A program made the position numbers and the translations under genes. Positions 47,971 to 57,353 of a DNA stretch of 60,344 nucleotides are shown here, piece by piece. Every line of letters begins with the position of its first letter. Position 1 is the first letter of the stretch. The notes under the pieces are model-generated. The model worked only from the letters and a program-made list of their open reading frames with translations. It was not told where the DNA came from and did not search any database. Source of the stretch: Candidatus Aenigmatarchaeota archaeon (GTDB taxonomy: Archaea > Aenigmatarchaeota > Aenigmatarchaeia > GW2011-AR5 > JACRAC01). The DNA lies in contig JACPJV010000006.1 of NCBI GenBank assembly GCA_016187395.1, positions 1 through 60,344 on the forward strand. The letters run 5' to 3'.

Positions 47971-48246
47971 CTATTTCCATAATCTTCTGTTTTCAGAGTA
48001 GTCTGCGATGACTCCGATCAAAACTACCAGAATCAGCGAGATTATGATATAGGTAGGAATCTCTACAGACGGTGCAGCTGTTGGTGAAACCAGAGGCGGT
48101 GACGGTATGGGCGGCGGAGAAGGCAGCCCTGCTTCTAGTTCCAAAGGAGGCGACGGGAGATCCGGGGGTGGTGGTGGGAGCTCCTGCGCATAAACTGCTG
48201 CTGCAAGAACCAGGACTATCACTAATAGCGGCAGGGTCTTGTTCAT
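47971..48246 (-). CDS. Pro-rich membrane-anchored small protein
   Basis: Signal peptide, poly-Pro, C-terminal TM. Confidence 0.6.
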   Translation of the reverse strand: MNKTLPLLVIVLVLAAAVYAQELPPPPPDLPSPPLELEAGLPSPPPIPSPPLVSPTAAPSVEIPTYIIISLILVVLIGVIADYSENRRLWK

Positions 48247-48338
48247 TAATATAAAAATAGCAGGTTTCGCTATATAAAGCTTCTCTGACCTGACAATGGT
48301 TTTTGCAAATCTATTATATATCCGGGAGAAATTTAACT

Positions 48339-49169
48339 ATGCGCGGGACTTTTTTAGGGACACTTCTGACGATTCTTTTCTTCATAATCATCATAGGGGC
48401 ATCTTTGTTCGCGATGATATTCTTCTCTTTCTCTTCTGGCGCGCAGGACAACGCTTTATTCCAGCTATTTACCTCGATAAAAGGAACGAGCCTTGGAGGA
48501 GGCCTGTTGCAGTATAGAATCGCAGGCGATCCGGTTACAGACATATCTATACGAACCCTCGCAAGGGGTACTTTGCAAAGTGCAGACGCGAAATCCTTAT
48601 CACTGTACATAGCAAGACTCAGAACAATTTTCAATGATAATCTGAAAGTAAAAATGGATAATTCATTATACGCAACGGGATTTGCCCCTGTATTCTGCGG
48701 AAGTGGCAATTTGATTGCCTACTGCGAGAATGCGGAGAGCGGGTGCTCTTCAGGGAGAATAGGATGCATTGGAAGCGAATGCAACAGCAACGTATGCGGA
48801 GAAGGAAGCGTGTGCTGCAAAGAATTATTCAATGTCCAGACACAAACGTATCAGGAAGAGCCTGAACTGCAGTTGTGCCAGAACAGGAAAGGCATATGTG
48901 AAATAATCGAATGCGCGCCTGGAAGGGGACTGCTGCAAAAGGACGACTCTTGTGCGGTTGCATTATCAAGAGAAAAATCCATGCAGCCTGTGCCGCTGTT
49001 CGGGTTGGAACAGCCGTTTTTGTGCTGCATTCCTTTAGGAAGGGATGAACTTAGAAGAACAGTTGAGAGAAGGGACGAGCCTGTTCTTGAGGTGCCTCTC
49101 TTATCATCGGGCGACCAGCAAAGACCTAGTGGTTACGTAGGGAAAATAGAGATTGTATCAGGTGGGTGA
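48339..49169 (+). CDS. Pilin-like surface protein with two Cys-rich modules
   Basis: MRG|TFLGTLLTILFFIIII class III-like leader; C..GC...C...CC modules; TATA at -27. Confidence 0.65.
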   Translation: MRGTFLGTLLTILFFIIIIGASLFAMIFFSFSSGAQDNALFQLFTSIKGTSLGGGLLQYRIAGDPVTDISIRTLARGTLQSADAKSLSLYIARLRTIFNDNLKVKMDNSLYATGFAPVFCGSGNLIAYCENAESGCSSGRIGCIGSECNSNVCGEGSVCCKELFNVQTQTYQEEPELQLCQNRKGICEIIECAPGRGLLQKDDSCAVALSREKSMQPVPLFGLEQPFLCCIPLGRDELRRTVERRDEPVLEVPLLSSGDQQRPSGYVGKIEIVSGG

Positions 49170-49174
49170 TCAAA

Positions 49175-52006
49175 ATGAAAGGTGTGGGTATCGATTTCAT
49201 ACTAGGAACACTCATAGCAATAGCCATGCTTGGATTATTTTACAACCTTGTGACAACCTCTGTAATTGCAAACAACAGAATAACATCAAAAATCGGCGAT
49301 ATATCTTCTGCCTACGCGGCTATAGATGCATTTCGAATATCTTACGACGGAACGCTTGAAAGGTTAGCCAAAGATTCCGCCTCATTTGCCTTGCAAAAAA
49401 GATTTGGAATGCCTTTTTCTGCAGATTTCACCGATGCAGATATGAACAATGCGTTGGCAAGCGCTTTGGCCACACCTGCCTCTGTTTCTGAATACCTGGA
49501 ATCTGATCTTTCTTCAGCCACAGTTCCGGCTCAGGCAAAACTCGCCTACAACAACAGGCCTTTTGACGTGGTTGTTGACTTTATGCTTAAAACAATATCA
49601 CTGCCTTACGAAGAAGAAGCAAGGTTTCTTTCAGAGGTCAGCCTTCTTGTTGACGGTGTTCAGATAGATACAGATACAAGATATGAGAACGAGGCAACAA
49701 GCGGGAAAAGGATACGGAATACAATATTAAATTCATGGAGCATTGCATCGTTTATAACAAGGACTCATCATCAGCTGCTGGAACCATTACAATATATTGA
49801 AGACACTCCGAGATCAAGAAGGGCAGAATTGTTTGGTATTGTAAGTTCTAATTCTGTTTTTCTTCCGTCCGACTCTGCATCTTATTTCGTTAATGCTAAA
49901 TCAGAAGGCAGTGGAATTTCTTATTCTATATCGTCTGAGATAGGGGAAACCAGAAAAATGTTTGTTACAGGGCTTTCCCCGCCGGAGTGCGGAATAAAAA
50001 AGCAGGAATATGACAGGTATGCAGGTGCTATAGAGAAAGCGCTGCCTGACAGGCTTCTTCCTTACGTAGATAATCCCAGATCTCTTATAGCTGCGGTAAT
50101 AGAAGTGCAATCTTCATGGACTCCGATACGATCAGGACTTACAGGAATGACTGCTTCAAAAACGCCTGGCGAGGAGATTCTCCTGCTTGTTAACGTGCTG
50201 GAGGATAAGGCAGATGAACTGAAGATGGACAAATTTTATGCAGACAGTGGCATGGAGGTTGTAGAAGAGCTGTTAGGCAGGATAGGATTGTCGCCTGATG
50301 AAATTAACAACATTTTAAGTCTTTATAGCAGCTGGGAAAAATGCCCGTTCAATAACCCGTTTCCTGAAGGGAGTTTTTCAAAACCGCTTGAAGGGCCCGT
50401 TATAAAATGCTACGGAGACCCTGCATGTTCAGGAACTGCTCCGTCAGAGGAATTCTATCCAGGCATAGACATATTTGGAAAGCCGGGATCTGATGTATCT
50501 GCAATACACGAAGGTCGCCTGATAAAAGTGACGATAAGGGTTGGCAGCCAGATTTACCAGGATTCTTTCTCTCTGATTTACCAGGATCCGGAGACAAGGC
50601 GCAACTTCATAACTATATACAACAACGTGGAGCCTGTGCCTGACACTTCGCAGAACTACTTCAAGGCAGGAGACAAAATAGGAACTGTTAAGGATATCGG
50701 GAATCTTTCTTACGTGACCATCATAATTGCATTTTTGCCGTTATCAGATCCTTTCCTGCACATAGAAGACTATACGATAAATCCCTGCCTTCTTATAGGA
50801 TGCATCCCGCAAACACCCGGCTTGGGCGAATTCCCTTACGTCTTCAGGGCGCTTGCAAATCCCGAAGATTATGCGGCGTTCCTCTCAGGAAAAAACGAGA
50901 AAAATATATTTCTTGGCGAGAGATTCTGCACAGAAACAAATATCAAGGAACGCGGTTTCCGGAATCTGGGATACAGCTTCTATTCAGCGGATGAAAATCT
51001 GTTTGAGGTCTACCCTGCCTTTCCCGGGAAGGTTGTGAAGGTTATGAGAGGTGACTTCTCAGGATCGGGATCGTGGTACGGATGCGGCGGAGCTGTTTTT
51101 GTAGAGACAGAGACCCCTTCGGGATCTTTCATAACAGCCTACGGTGGCACTACTCCTTTTGTTTCTGAAGGAGATTTTGCAAGCAGGAACCCCTTTCTTG
51201 GAAAGTCAATCATAGGGGGTGTTTCAAATTTTCACGGCCTCTGCCCTGAACCGCATCTGGATGTCCGGATATTCGAGAAGAGCTACATTCCTGAAGAAAG
51301 CATAACAAACGCCTGCGGAACAGCGGTCAGCGAATGCACGGTTGCGCCGCCTGCGCCTGATGAAATAAGCACAACCGTATACGCATTCAAAAACCACTGC
51401 GCAGCGCTTGAATGGGAAGCTGTCTCGCGTGCGTCATTCTCGCCTACATTGGCCAAAAAACAGCTCGCGCTGAATTATGAGAAAATTCCAGAGGCCCTTA
51501 GAACAAGAATGGAAGTCACGTCGCCTGCATCCTGCGAGGGCGACGGGAGATTCAAGTGGCAGGATACAGAAGATGCGTTGTGCATGGATGGACAAATTCA
51601 CATCTGCACGACAACTGAACAGGCTTCCGGGGAGAATATTCTTTATGAAGACATGACGGTTGGAAGTTACACCTGCAGGATATTCGAAGAAGGGCTTCGC
51701 GACAGATGCGTAGAACATTCCGGAAACATCCTGCTTGAGCAGAAATGCGGGCAGAAGATACAGAATCCGGACTTTGAAAAATATGCAAACTGGGTTTCCC
51801 AAAAGCTCGCAGGACCTCCAAGCCAGCCTGAGTCCGGGACGCTGTTCACCAGGGTGATATCAAAGCTGTGCAGTTCAGAGGAGGATCAGAAGGATTACAC
51901 GTGCTGCGTTGCAAGCGGCAAAACCTACAGATGCACAGGAAGCGTGGCCCTGGACCCGACAAGCTTTGAACTAACATGCAACGGAGAGGCTGCGTGCACT
52001 AGCTAG
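49175..52006 (+). CDS. Large pilin-like surface protein with degenerate SLT-like and two M23-like domains
   Basis: MKG|VGIDFILG leader; LIAAVIEVQSSWTP; FYPGIDIFGKPGSDVSAIHEG; VYPAFPGKVV...PHLDVRI; Cys-rich C-terminus. Confidence 0.7.
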   Translation: MKGVGIDFILGTLIAIAMLGLFYNLVTTSVIANNRITSKIGDISSAYAAIDAFRISYDGTLERLAKDSASFALQKRFGMPFSADFTDADMNNALASALATPASVSEYLESDLSSATVPAQAKLAYNNRPFDVVVDFMLKTISLPYEEEARFLSEVSLLVDGVQIDTDTRYENEATSGKRIRNTILNSWSIASFITRTHHQLLEPLQYIEDTPRSRRAELFGIVSSNSVFLPSDSASYFVNAKSEGSGISYSISSEIGETRKMFVTGLSPPECGIKKQEYDRYAGAIEKALPDRLLPYVDNPRSLIAAVIEVQSSWTPIRSGLTGMTASKTPGEEILLLVNVLEDKADELKMDKFYADSGMEVVEELLGRIGLSPDEINNILSLYSSWEKCPFNNPFPEGSFSKPLEGPVIKCYGDPACSGTAPSEEFYPGIDIFGKPGSDVSAIHEGRLIKVTIRVGSQIYQDSFSLIYQDPETRRNFITIYNNVEPVPDTSQNYFKAGDKIGTVKDIGNLSYVTIIIAFLPLSDPFLHIEDYTINPCLLIGCIPQTPGLGEFPYVFRALANPEDYAAFLSGKNEKNIFLGERFCTETNIKERGFRNLGYSFYSADENLFEVYPAFPGKVVKVMRGDFSGSGSWYGCGGAVFVETETPSGSFITAYGGTTPFVSEGDFASRNPFLGKSIIGGVSNFHGLCPEPHLDVRIFEKSYIPEESITNACGTAVSECTVAPPAPDEISTTVYAFKNHCAALEWEAVSRASFSPTLAKKQLALNYEKIPEALRTRMEVTSPASCEGDGRFKWQDTEDALCMDGQIHICTTTEQASGENILYEDMTVGSYTCRIFEEGLRDRCVEHSGNILLEQKCGQKIQNPDFEKYANWVSQKLAGPPSQPESGTLFTRVISKLCSSEEDQKDYTCCVASGKTYRCTGSVALDPTSFELTCNGEAACTS

Positions 52007-52814
52007 GCCTGTTTTTTATTATCTCCACTTTTTTATCCGCAACGTCCTGTGAATTCACTTTTCTCACTGTTTCTGTCGCATCCCCTGCTACGTATTCAAC
52101 TCTTTCTCCGAACTTGAAAGGATTCTCCCTGCTATAAACAAGCTCTGCCTCTGTTTTTCTGCATGAAGTGAAGAAATCTATGCTGCCTCTGGACGTTATT
52201 ATCATTGCACGCATGCATATCCTGCCGTCTTCGCCGTATAACTCGCATTCATTGCCTGCACGTGGCTCGCTCACACCGCTTATACCCCTCCCGACACCCT
52301 GGCACAATATCCTTGTGACAACTTCTTTGGCGATCAGTGCCTTCTCTGCGTCGCACGTGAATCTTGACAGCGCATAATCGAATATTACGACGCGCATCTC
52401 TGCAGGCAGAAGGGTTTCTCCGCTCTTTAGCCACACGCCGTATCTGCCGACAAACGTGCTTTCGGAATTCTCTATATTCTCAAAAGTTTTGTCGCTCAAA
52501 AACCCAAAGCTCCAGTTTTCCTCGTAACCGCTTTCATTCAAAAGATAAAACCCGTATCGTGCAGCCATGCTGCACGGTCTGACCAGCTCCTCGTCAGAGC
52601 CATCCATTTTTTTGATCAAATCCAGATCAAAAACCCCCCTGCTTGCCGTGAGGTTTGACTGTAGCATGAGATTTGCAGATTCTGCGGCCACTTTTTCCAT
52701 TGACTGCGTGTTGATCTCGGCGTAAAAGGCGTTGTTCAGGAGGATTGCCATAACAACGAATCCTATTAGCGCCACCATCCTGATCAAAAAATTTACCTGC
52801 TCCGCCATCGACAT
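51999..52814 (-). CDS. Membrane-anchored pilin-like hypothetical protein
   Basis: MAEQ + hydrophobic N-terminal helix. Confidence 0.6.
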   Translation of the reverse strand: MSMAEQVNFLIRMVALIGFVVMAILLNNAFYAEINTQSMEKVAAESANLMLQSNLTASRGVFDLDLIKKMDGSDEELVRPCSMAARYGFYLLNESGYEENWSFGFLSDKTFENIENSESTFVGRYGVWLKSGETLLPAEMRVVIFDYALSRFTCDAEKALIAKEVVTRILCQGVGRGISGVSEPRAGNECELYGEDGRICMRAMIITSRGSIDFFTSCRKTEAELVYSRENPFKFGERVEYVAGDATETVRKVNSQDVADKKVEIIKNRPS

Positions 52815-52827
52815 GCTATCGCCTCCA

Positions 52828-53250
52828 CTATGCGGGCTCTGTTGCCTCTACATTTACCTTGTCATCCTGCCTGCGGAAGACAAGCATCTGATTCCTGCTG
52901 CAGTCTTCACTTTTCTGCCAACTTTCAACCAGATACTTTCCATCAACGGATATGATGCTTGCTGCTGAAACTCTTTGCCCGGACTTCAAGTCAACAAAAT
53001 TTTCATGTATCCGGAGTTCGCAGCTGCTCAGCCTTGGCAGCAATAATTCGTACACAGAACCTTCAGGCGCTTCCTGCATTACGCCTGCTATTGACGCTAT
53101 TTCAGCGGTGGTTGCCGCCAAGCTGAATTTTACTGCGTTTTCGCCCATGCTGCTTATTGTTGTGAAAAAAACCACTACAAAAACTAGCATTATCAGGAGC
53201 ATTGCCCACGTCTCCAGCGGCTTGGTGAGTACGTATACCTGCTCTGCCAT
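52828..53250 (-). CDS. Small pilin-like hypothetical protein
   Basis: MAEQ...hydrophobic helix, then AEIASIAGVMQEAPEG. Confidence 0.6.
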   Translation of the reverse strand: MAEQVYVLTKPLETWAMLLIMLVFVVVFFTTISSMGENAVKFSLAATTAEIASIAGVMQEAPEGSVYELLLPRLSSCELRIHENFVDLKSGQRVSAASIISVDGKYLVESWQKSEDCSRNQMLVFRRQDDKVNVEATEPA

Positions 53251-53275
53251 GGAAATAGTAGTTTGGTTCTTTGCT

Positions 53276-53372
53276 TAAAGCAAACCAACTTAATAAACGA
53301 CATACGAAAAGTTGGTTTGCTTTATGGGAAAGCACAAATAACATGTTCCGTTTCATTTGTGGTTTCACTATA
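53276..53372 (+). mobile_element. Double-hairpin MITE-like element, copy F
   Basis: 97 bp; AAAGCAAACCAACTT/AAGTTGGTTTGCTTT plus a second hairpin; close to copy D. Confidence 0.8.
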
Positions 53373-53434
53373 AAGATTGCAGAGCTTTTCCTCTGAATGA
53401 TTTCAAAGCTCATTCCTCCTTGCATTGCTTCCCG

Positions 53435-53481
53435 TGTAGTGAACCAACTTTCCAGCGGTATTTTTAAGTTGGTTCACTATA
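53435..53481 (-). repeat. Solo half-element hairpin
   Basis: TAGTGAACCAACTT-N15-AAGTTGGTTCACTA. Confidence 0.7.
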
Positions 53482-53491
53482 AATAGTGATC

Positions 53492-54919
53492 ATGGCGCGA
53501 GGCATAGGCTTACCTTTAGTTCTTTTGCTTGAGGTCATGGTTGCAATAATAGCCAGCGTAGTAATTGCGAACTTTCTGAACTCTGCGTGGAATCCGCACG
53601 AGCAAGCTGCGTTTGCGAGCGCGGAGGCGCTGGCGCTGACCATTGACGAGGTATGCGGAAGGCAGCTTGGCTTTTCAAAGGAACTTGACGTCAACGTGCC
53701 GCAGCCGACGCCGCCTGTGATCGGAGGGACTACACTGTTCCCTCAAATAGGAATGCGGATAAACGGCGATCCGCACTATCTTCTCTATTATGAGAATTTC
53801 CCTCCAGGCGAGGCAATATCCTGGGAGATCTACAACAATTTTCCGGAGCGTGCAGTTGTATTTGCCGACCCGGATGAGGGAGAGACGCTGGGAGAATACG
53901 TCGGAAGGTTCAGGCAAAACCTGCAAGCAGCAGGCTTTTCAACAGAGCTCAGCAGGTATGTCTTTGGAAATATAGTGCTGAATGACGTGCCGGAAAAAGG
54001 CGAAACGCGTCTTGCAGGCGACATAGGCCACTGGGAAGGGAATGTATACAAATTTGACAAGACTCCTGTGCTTGCAAAGGCAGACCAGTCGCTTGCCAAA
54101 TACCGCACCTGCAGTCCCTTTTCCCTGTGCTTCAAGACCCGCCAGGGAATTGTGCGGATACCGCTGCATAACTGCAGGCGTGCCAACGTGACGATAATGC
54201 AGGTGGAAAGAGAACCGCCGTCTCATCCAACTGGCGCTGTGGAGGATTACGGCAAGACTGCTCTCGGAGGCATTGCAATAGGCACAGCAACAGGAGCTAC
54301 GATAGGAGCGGTTGCAGGCATCTGGACAGGACCGGGTGTATTGGCAACCACGCTGACAGGTGCAAAGATAGGTGCGTGGGTTGGAGGCTCGCTTGGTGTG
54401 ATAGGCACGTCCTTCAAAAGAGTGAATACCGTTGGCGACGTCTCTGATTTCTACCTGGCCAGTCCGTGCAAGGCAAAGGCAGAGATTACAAAAACCACGT
54501 GCGAATGCAGGAGCAGCAAGTTGCCTGACGCTGTTCTGCCAGAAACATTTAAAAAAGAATATACAAGCGATGAGTTCGGAATATATGAAATATCCTCTGG
54601 AAACCTTGTATCGTCCAAGGAAAAGAGCGCCTGCATACACCAGTATTCAAGGGACGACAAGCTGGAGGAAAGAGAGCTGGAAAAGGAGTGCGTCAAGGTT
54701 CGGCTTGACGTCTCTGAAGGAAGCTTCTGCACAGGAGGGCAGAATGAGCTGGGCCAGGTCACGCTGAGCACTGTGTGGCATGACAGCATCGAGAAAGGCC
54801 TTGCCCAGATGTTTGACACCAAGGAATTGAGGAAGGAGGTGACTGTCGGCGAAAAATCAGGGTTCATCCAGAAGGCTTTTGGCGGTTTAAGGGTTCCGTT
54901 TGGATGGCCGGTTGGATGA
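53492..54919 (+). CDS. Pilin-like surface protein with glycine-zipper insert (paralog of 55734-57248)
   Basis: MARG|IGLPLVLLLE leader; GDPHYLLYYENFPPGEAISWE; DFYLASPC. Confidence 0.7.
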   Translation: MARGIGLPLVLLLEVMVAIIASVVIANFLNSAWNPHEQAAFASAEALALTIDEVCGRQLGFSKELDVNVPQPTPPVIGGTTLFPQIGMRINGDPHYLLYYENFPPGEAISWEIYNNFPERAVVFADPDEGETLGEYVGRFRQNLQAAGFSTELSRYVFGNIVLNDVPEKGETRLAGDIGHWEGNVYKFDKTPVLAKADQSLAKYRTCSPFSLCFKTRQGIVRIPLHNCRRANVTIMQVEREPPSHPTGAVEDYGKTALGGIAIGTATGATIGAVAGIWTGPGVLATTLTGAKIGAWVGGSLGVIGTSFKRVNTVGDVSDFYLASPCKAKAEITKTTCECRSSKLPDAVLPETFKKEYTSDEFGIYEISSGNLVSSKEKSACIHQYSRDDKLEERELEKECVKVRLDVSEGSFCTGGQNELGQVTLSTVWHDSIEKGLAQMFDTKELRKEVTVGEKSGFIQKAFGGLRVPFGWPVG

Positions 54920-55612
54920 TCACCTGCCTATATCTGTCGGCTCGCTTCTGCCGCTTATTCTTGTTGCCATCCACCTGTCGGTACCGTCTTTGTCTATGAG
55001 AAACGGCATGCTTATGAAATCCGAATCTGTAGAAAAGCAATATCTTACAGGCGTGGTGTCGCCCGGGATATCCGAAATTACTGCAATAACCTCGCATTCA
55101 TGCCCTGCTATTGTTCTGGTTCCTTCTGGCTTGGCAGATATCAACTTGCTTATTCTGTGGCGCGTTGTCATGGTATCTTCGGGACATCTAAATGGAATGG
55201 AGTACTCGCTTTGCTCAGACCATAAAAGATTTGAAGGCGTTGCAGGCGGAAGGTGATGTCGCATATAAATCTTGCCGCCAACAGAGGCGTACCTTTGGGG
55301 AAACCTGCTTAAAGGCCCTGACCTTGCTCCCTCTGGAAGCATGTCCTCTGGCAAAAAATCAAATCTCCAGTTATTTCCGTGCCTGCTTATATCCACTGTC
55401 CCTTTTTTTTCTCCTGTTTTCTCCCGGCTTAAGGAATAGGCAATGAAGTATTCTCCGCCGTTTTCGCAGTAGCTTTGCATTTTTTTGATCCTATCCTCAA
55501 ACCTTTCTCTTGCATTATTAAACGGATTGACCCTGTCAAGGATTCCTGTAGATGCTGCCCATATGCCTGCCCCTGCAATAAGCAATCCTGACGCAATATA
55601 TGCTAATTTCAT
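54920..55612 (-). CDS. Membrane-anchored hypothetical protein (paralog of 13650/24805)
   Basis: N-terminal TM; EGTRTIAGHECEV...YCF. Confidence 0.65.
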   Translation of the reverse strand: MKLAYIASGLLIAGAGIWAASTGILDRVNPFNNARERFEDRIKKMQSYCENGGEYFIAYSLSREKTGEKKGTVDISRHGNNWRFDFLPEDMLPEGARSGPLSRFPQRYASVGGKIYMRHHLPPATPSNLLWSEQSEYSIPFRCPEDTMTTRHRISKLISAKPEGTRTIAGHECEVIAVISDIPGDTTPVRYCFSTDSDFISMPFLIDKDGTDRWMATRISGRSEPTDIGR

Positions 55613-55733
55613 GATGAACACCCAACACCAGTGCATCTGGTGTTCAGCATCTCGAAATAACCCAGTATTTTTAATCGAAGTTCTTTCAGAGATAATCCAA
55701 TTGCAGGCCGAAAGCTATTAAAGCTATGAAGCG

Positions 55734-57248
55734 CTATGGCCACGAATACCCGGCAGCTCCCAGTTTGGTGCTGATGCCGGAAGGCCTTGCAAACTGGTCT
55801 GTGCTCTCCAGGGTAACTATGCCCTGGTAAAGTCCTCCGCCAAGAACAGATGCAGACTGGTAGAGAGGGAATTCACTGCTGCCTTCAACTCCTTTGAACT
55901 TGGAAAAGCAGAAGCCGATGTGATCTTCCACTGTAACGCGGATGCACGAGGGTATTACAGGCGTTTTCTGGTTTAGCTCTTCAAACTTGCTTTCGTCTGT
56001 TTCTTCAACATCGATCTTCTCGCTGTTTCTTATCATCCTCTGCCTGCACCGGAATCCGTCTTCTGCGCGGTTTGCCGTGTAATCATCGCCGCTCCCTTCG
56101 AGCTGCCATTTCTGTGTTTGGAATGCAGTTTTATCAACCGGAAGGAACCCGGGGAAATCAGGGAAATCATCCCAGCACGTGCATGATGTTTTTTCTATCT
56201 TCACGCTTGCCCTGCACGGGCTTGCAAGATAGAAGTCTGTGTTTGACTCGGCTGAAAATATGCTTGAAACATCGTCCGCCTTTCCGCCTACATATGCTGC
56301 TAAGGTTGTCTTCAGAGCTGCTCCTGCCGTGGTTTTTGACAAATCTATGCCCATGCTGAGGTAGCTTGCGGTCTTTTTTGATGAAAACAGGCGCACTATA
56401 GGTTTCCACGTGTGTGCTGTGGCTATCTTCAGAAACTTCCCCACAACCCTGGTCCAGCTAAAAAGCGATATGGTAATAGGAACTGCCTTGCCAATCACGG
56501 TTGTGGATCCCTTGAACATAGGCTGGTAGGTGGTCAGCTGCATGTAATTAATGCCTGCTTCCGCGCACTTGTCAAGGGGATAAACGATTATTTGTTTGGG
56601 TGTTTTGAGGCATAGCGCGTTCACGCCGCATAACCTGTATTTGACCGCTGTTTTGTTCAGAGGGCTTAGCGATTCATAATTGTCAAAGACATACCTGTTT
56701 CCTTCCTTGTTCCATTTTCCAAAGTCGCCGATAAGATTGAAGCCGCCTTTCTGCCTGTCCTTCAAAGGCACATTTGCAAAAACAGCGCTGGAATACTGCA
56801 GGCGCTCCAGCGCGTTTCTTTCCAGAACAGACAGTTGCTCGTCCCTCACAGAGTCTGCGTCAGGATTCTGGTAATATAATACTGCGCGCTTGCCGAAGTC
56901 ATGATATAATTCCCAGCTTATGGCTTCGCCTGGCGGAAACGACTCGTAGTATAAAAGTATATTCGGGTCTCCTCTGCTGGACAGAAGACCTCTTGGGATG
57001 ACGTTCTTTGCAATCACAACCCCGCCAAGATCCACGTCTGCAACAGACTGGGGAAGTGACACTTCTATGCTTTTGGCAGAGCCGCTCTGGCAGACCTCGT
57101 TGATTTCTTTGGCGAGGAGTGCGACAGATGTCTCTGCCTCTGCCTGGAAAGGCTGGAGACCTTCTTTTACAAATCCTCCCAGGACAAACAGCGACAGCAA
57201 AAGCCCCATTACCATGAATAGAAGTTCAAATTCTCCGTCCCCTTTCAT
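55734..57248 (-). CDS. Pilin-like surface protein (paralog of 53492-54919)
   Basis: MKG|DGEFELLFMVMG leader; GDPNILLYYESFPPGEAISWE; DFYLASPC; ends YSWP. Confidence 0.7.
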   Translation of the reverse strand: MKGDGEFELLFMVMGLLLSLFVLGGFVKEGLQPFQAEAETSVALLAKEINEVCQSGSAKSIEVSLPQSVADVDLGGVVIAKNVIPRGLLSSRGDPNILLYYESFPPGEAISWELYHDFGKRAVLYYQNPDADSVRDEQLSVLERNALERLQYSSAVFANVPLKDRQKGGFNLIGDFGKWNKEGNRYVFDNYESLSPLNKTAVKYRLCGVNALCLKTPKQIIVYPLDKCAEAGINYMQLTTYQPMFKGSTTVIGKAVPITISLFSWTRVVGKFLKIATAHTWKPIVRLFSSKKTASYLSMGIDLSKTTAGAALKTTLAAYVGGKADDVSSIFSAESNTDFYLASPCRASVKIEKTSCTCWDDFPDFPGFLPVDKTAFQTQKWQLEGSGDDYTANRAEDGFRCRQRMIRNSEKIDVEETDESKFEELNQKTPVIPSCIRVTVEDHIGFCFSKFKGVEGSSEFPLYQSASVLGGGLYQGIVTLESTDQFARPSGISTKLGAAGYSWP

Positions 57249-57353
57249 AGGATTACTTTGCCAGGGCGGTAAATAAATGTTCTGAAGTGAAGCAAATATC
57301 AGGCTGTTCATTTCTTTCCCAGGTTTTTAAATTTTTGTTTCGTTTTATGATGC

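Noticed and set aside
57288-57312. GTGAAGCAAAT as another element copy
   Set aside because: Only a short single-arm match without a complementary arm
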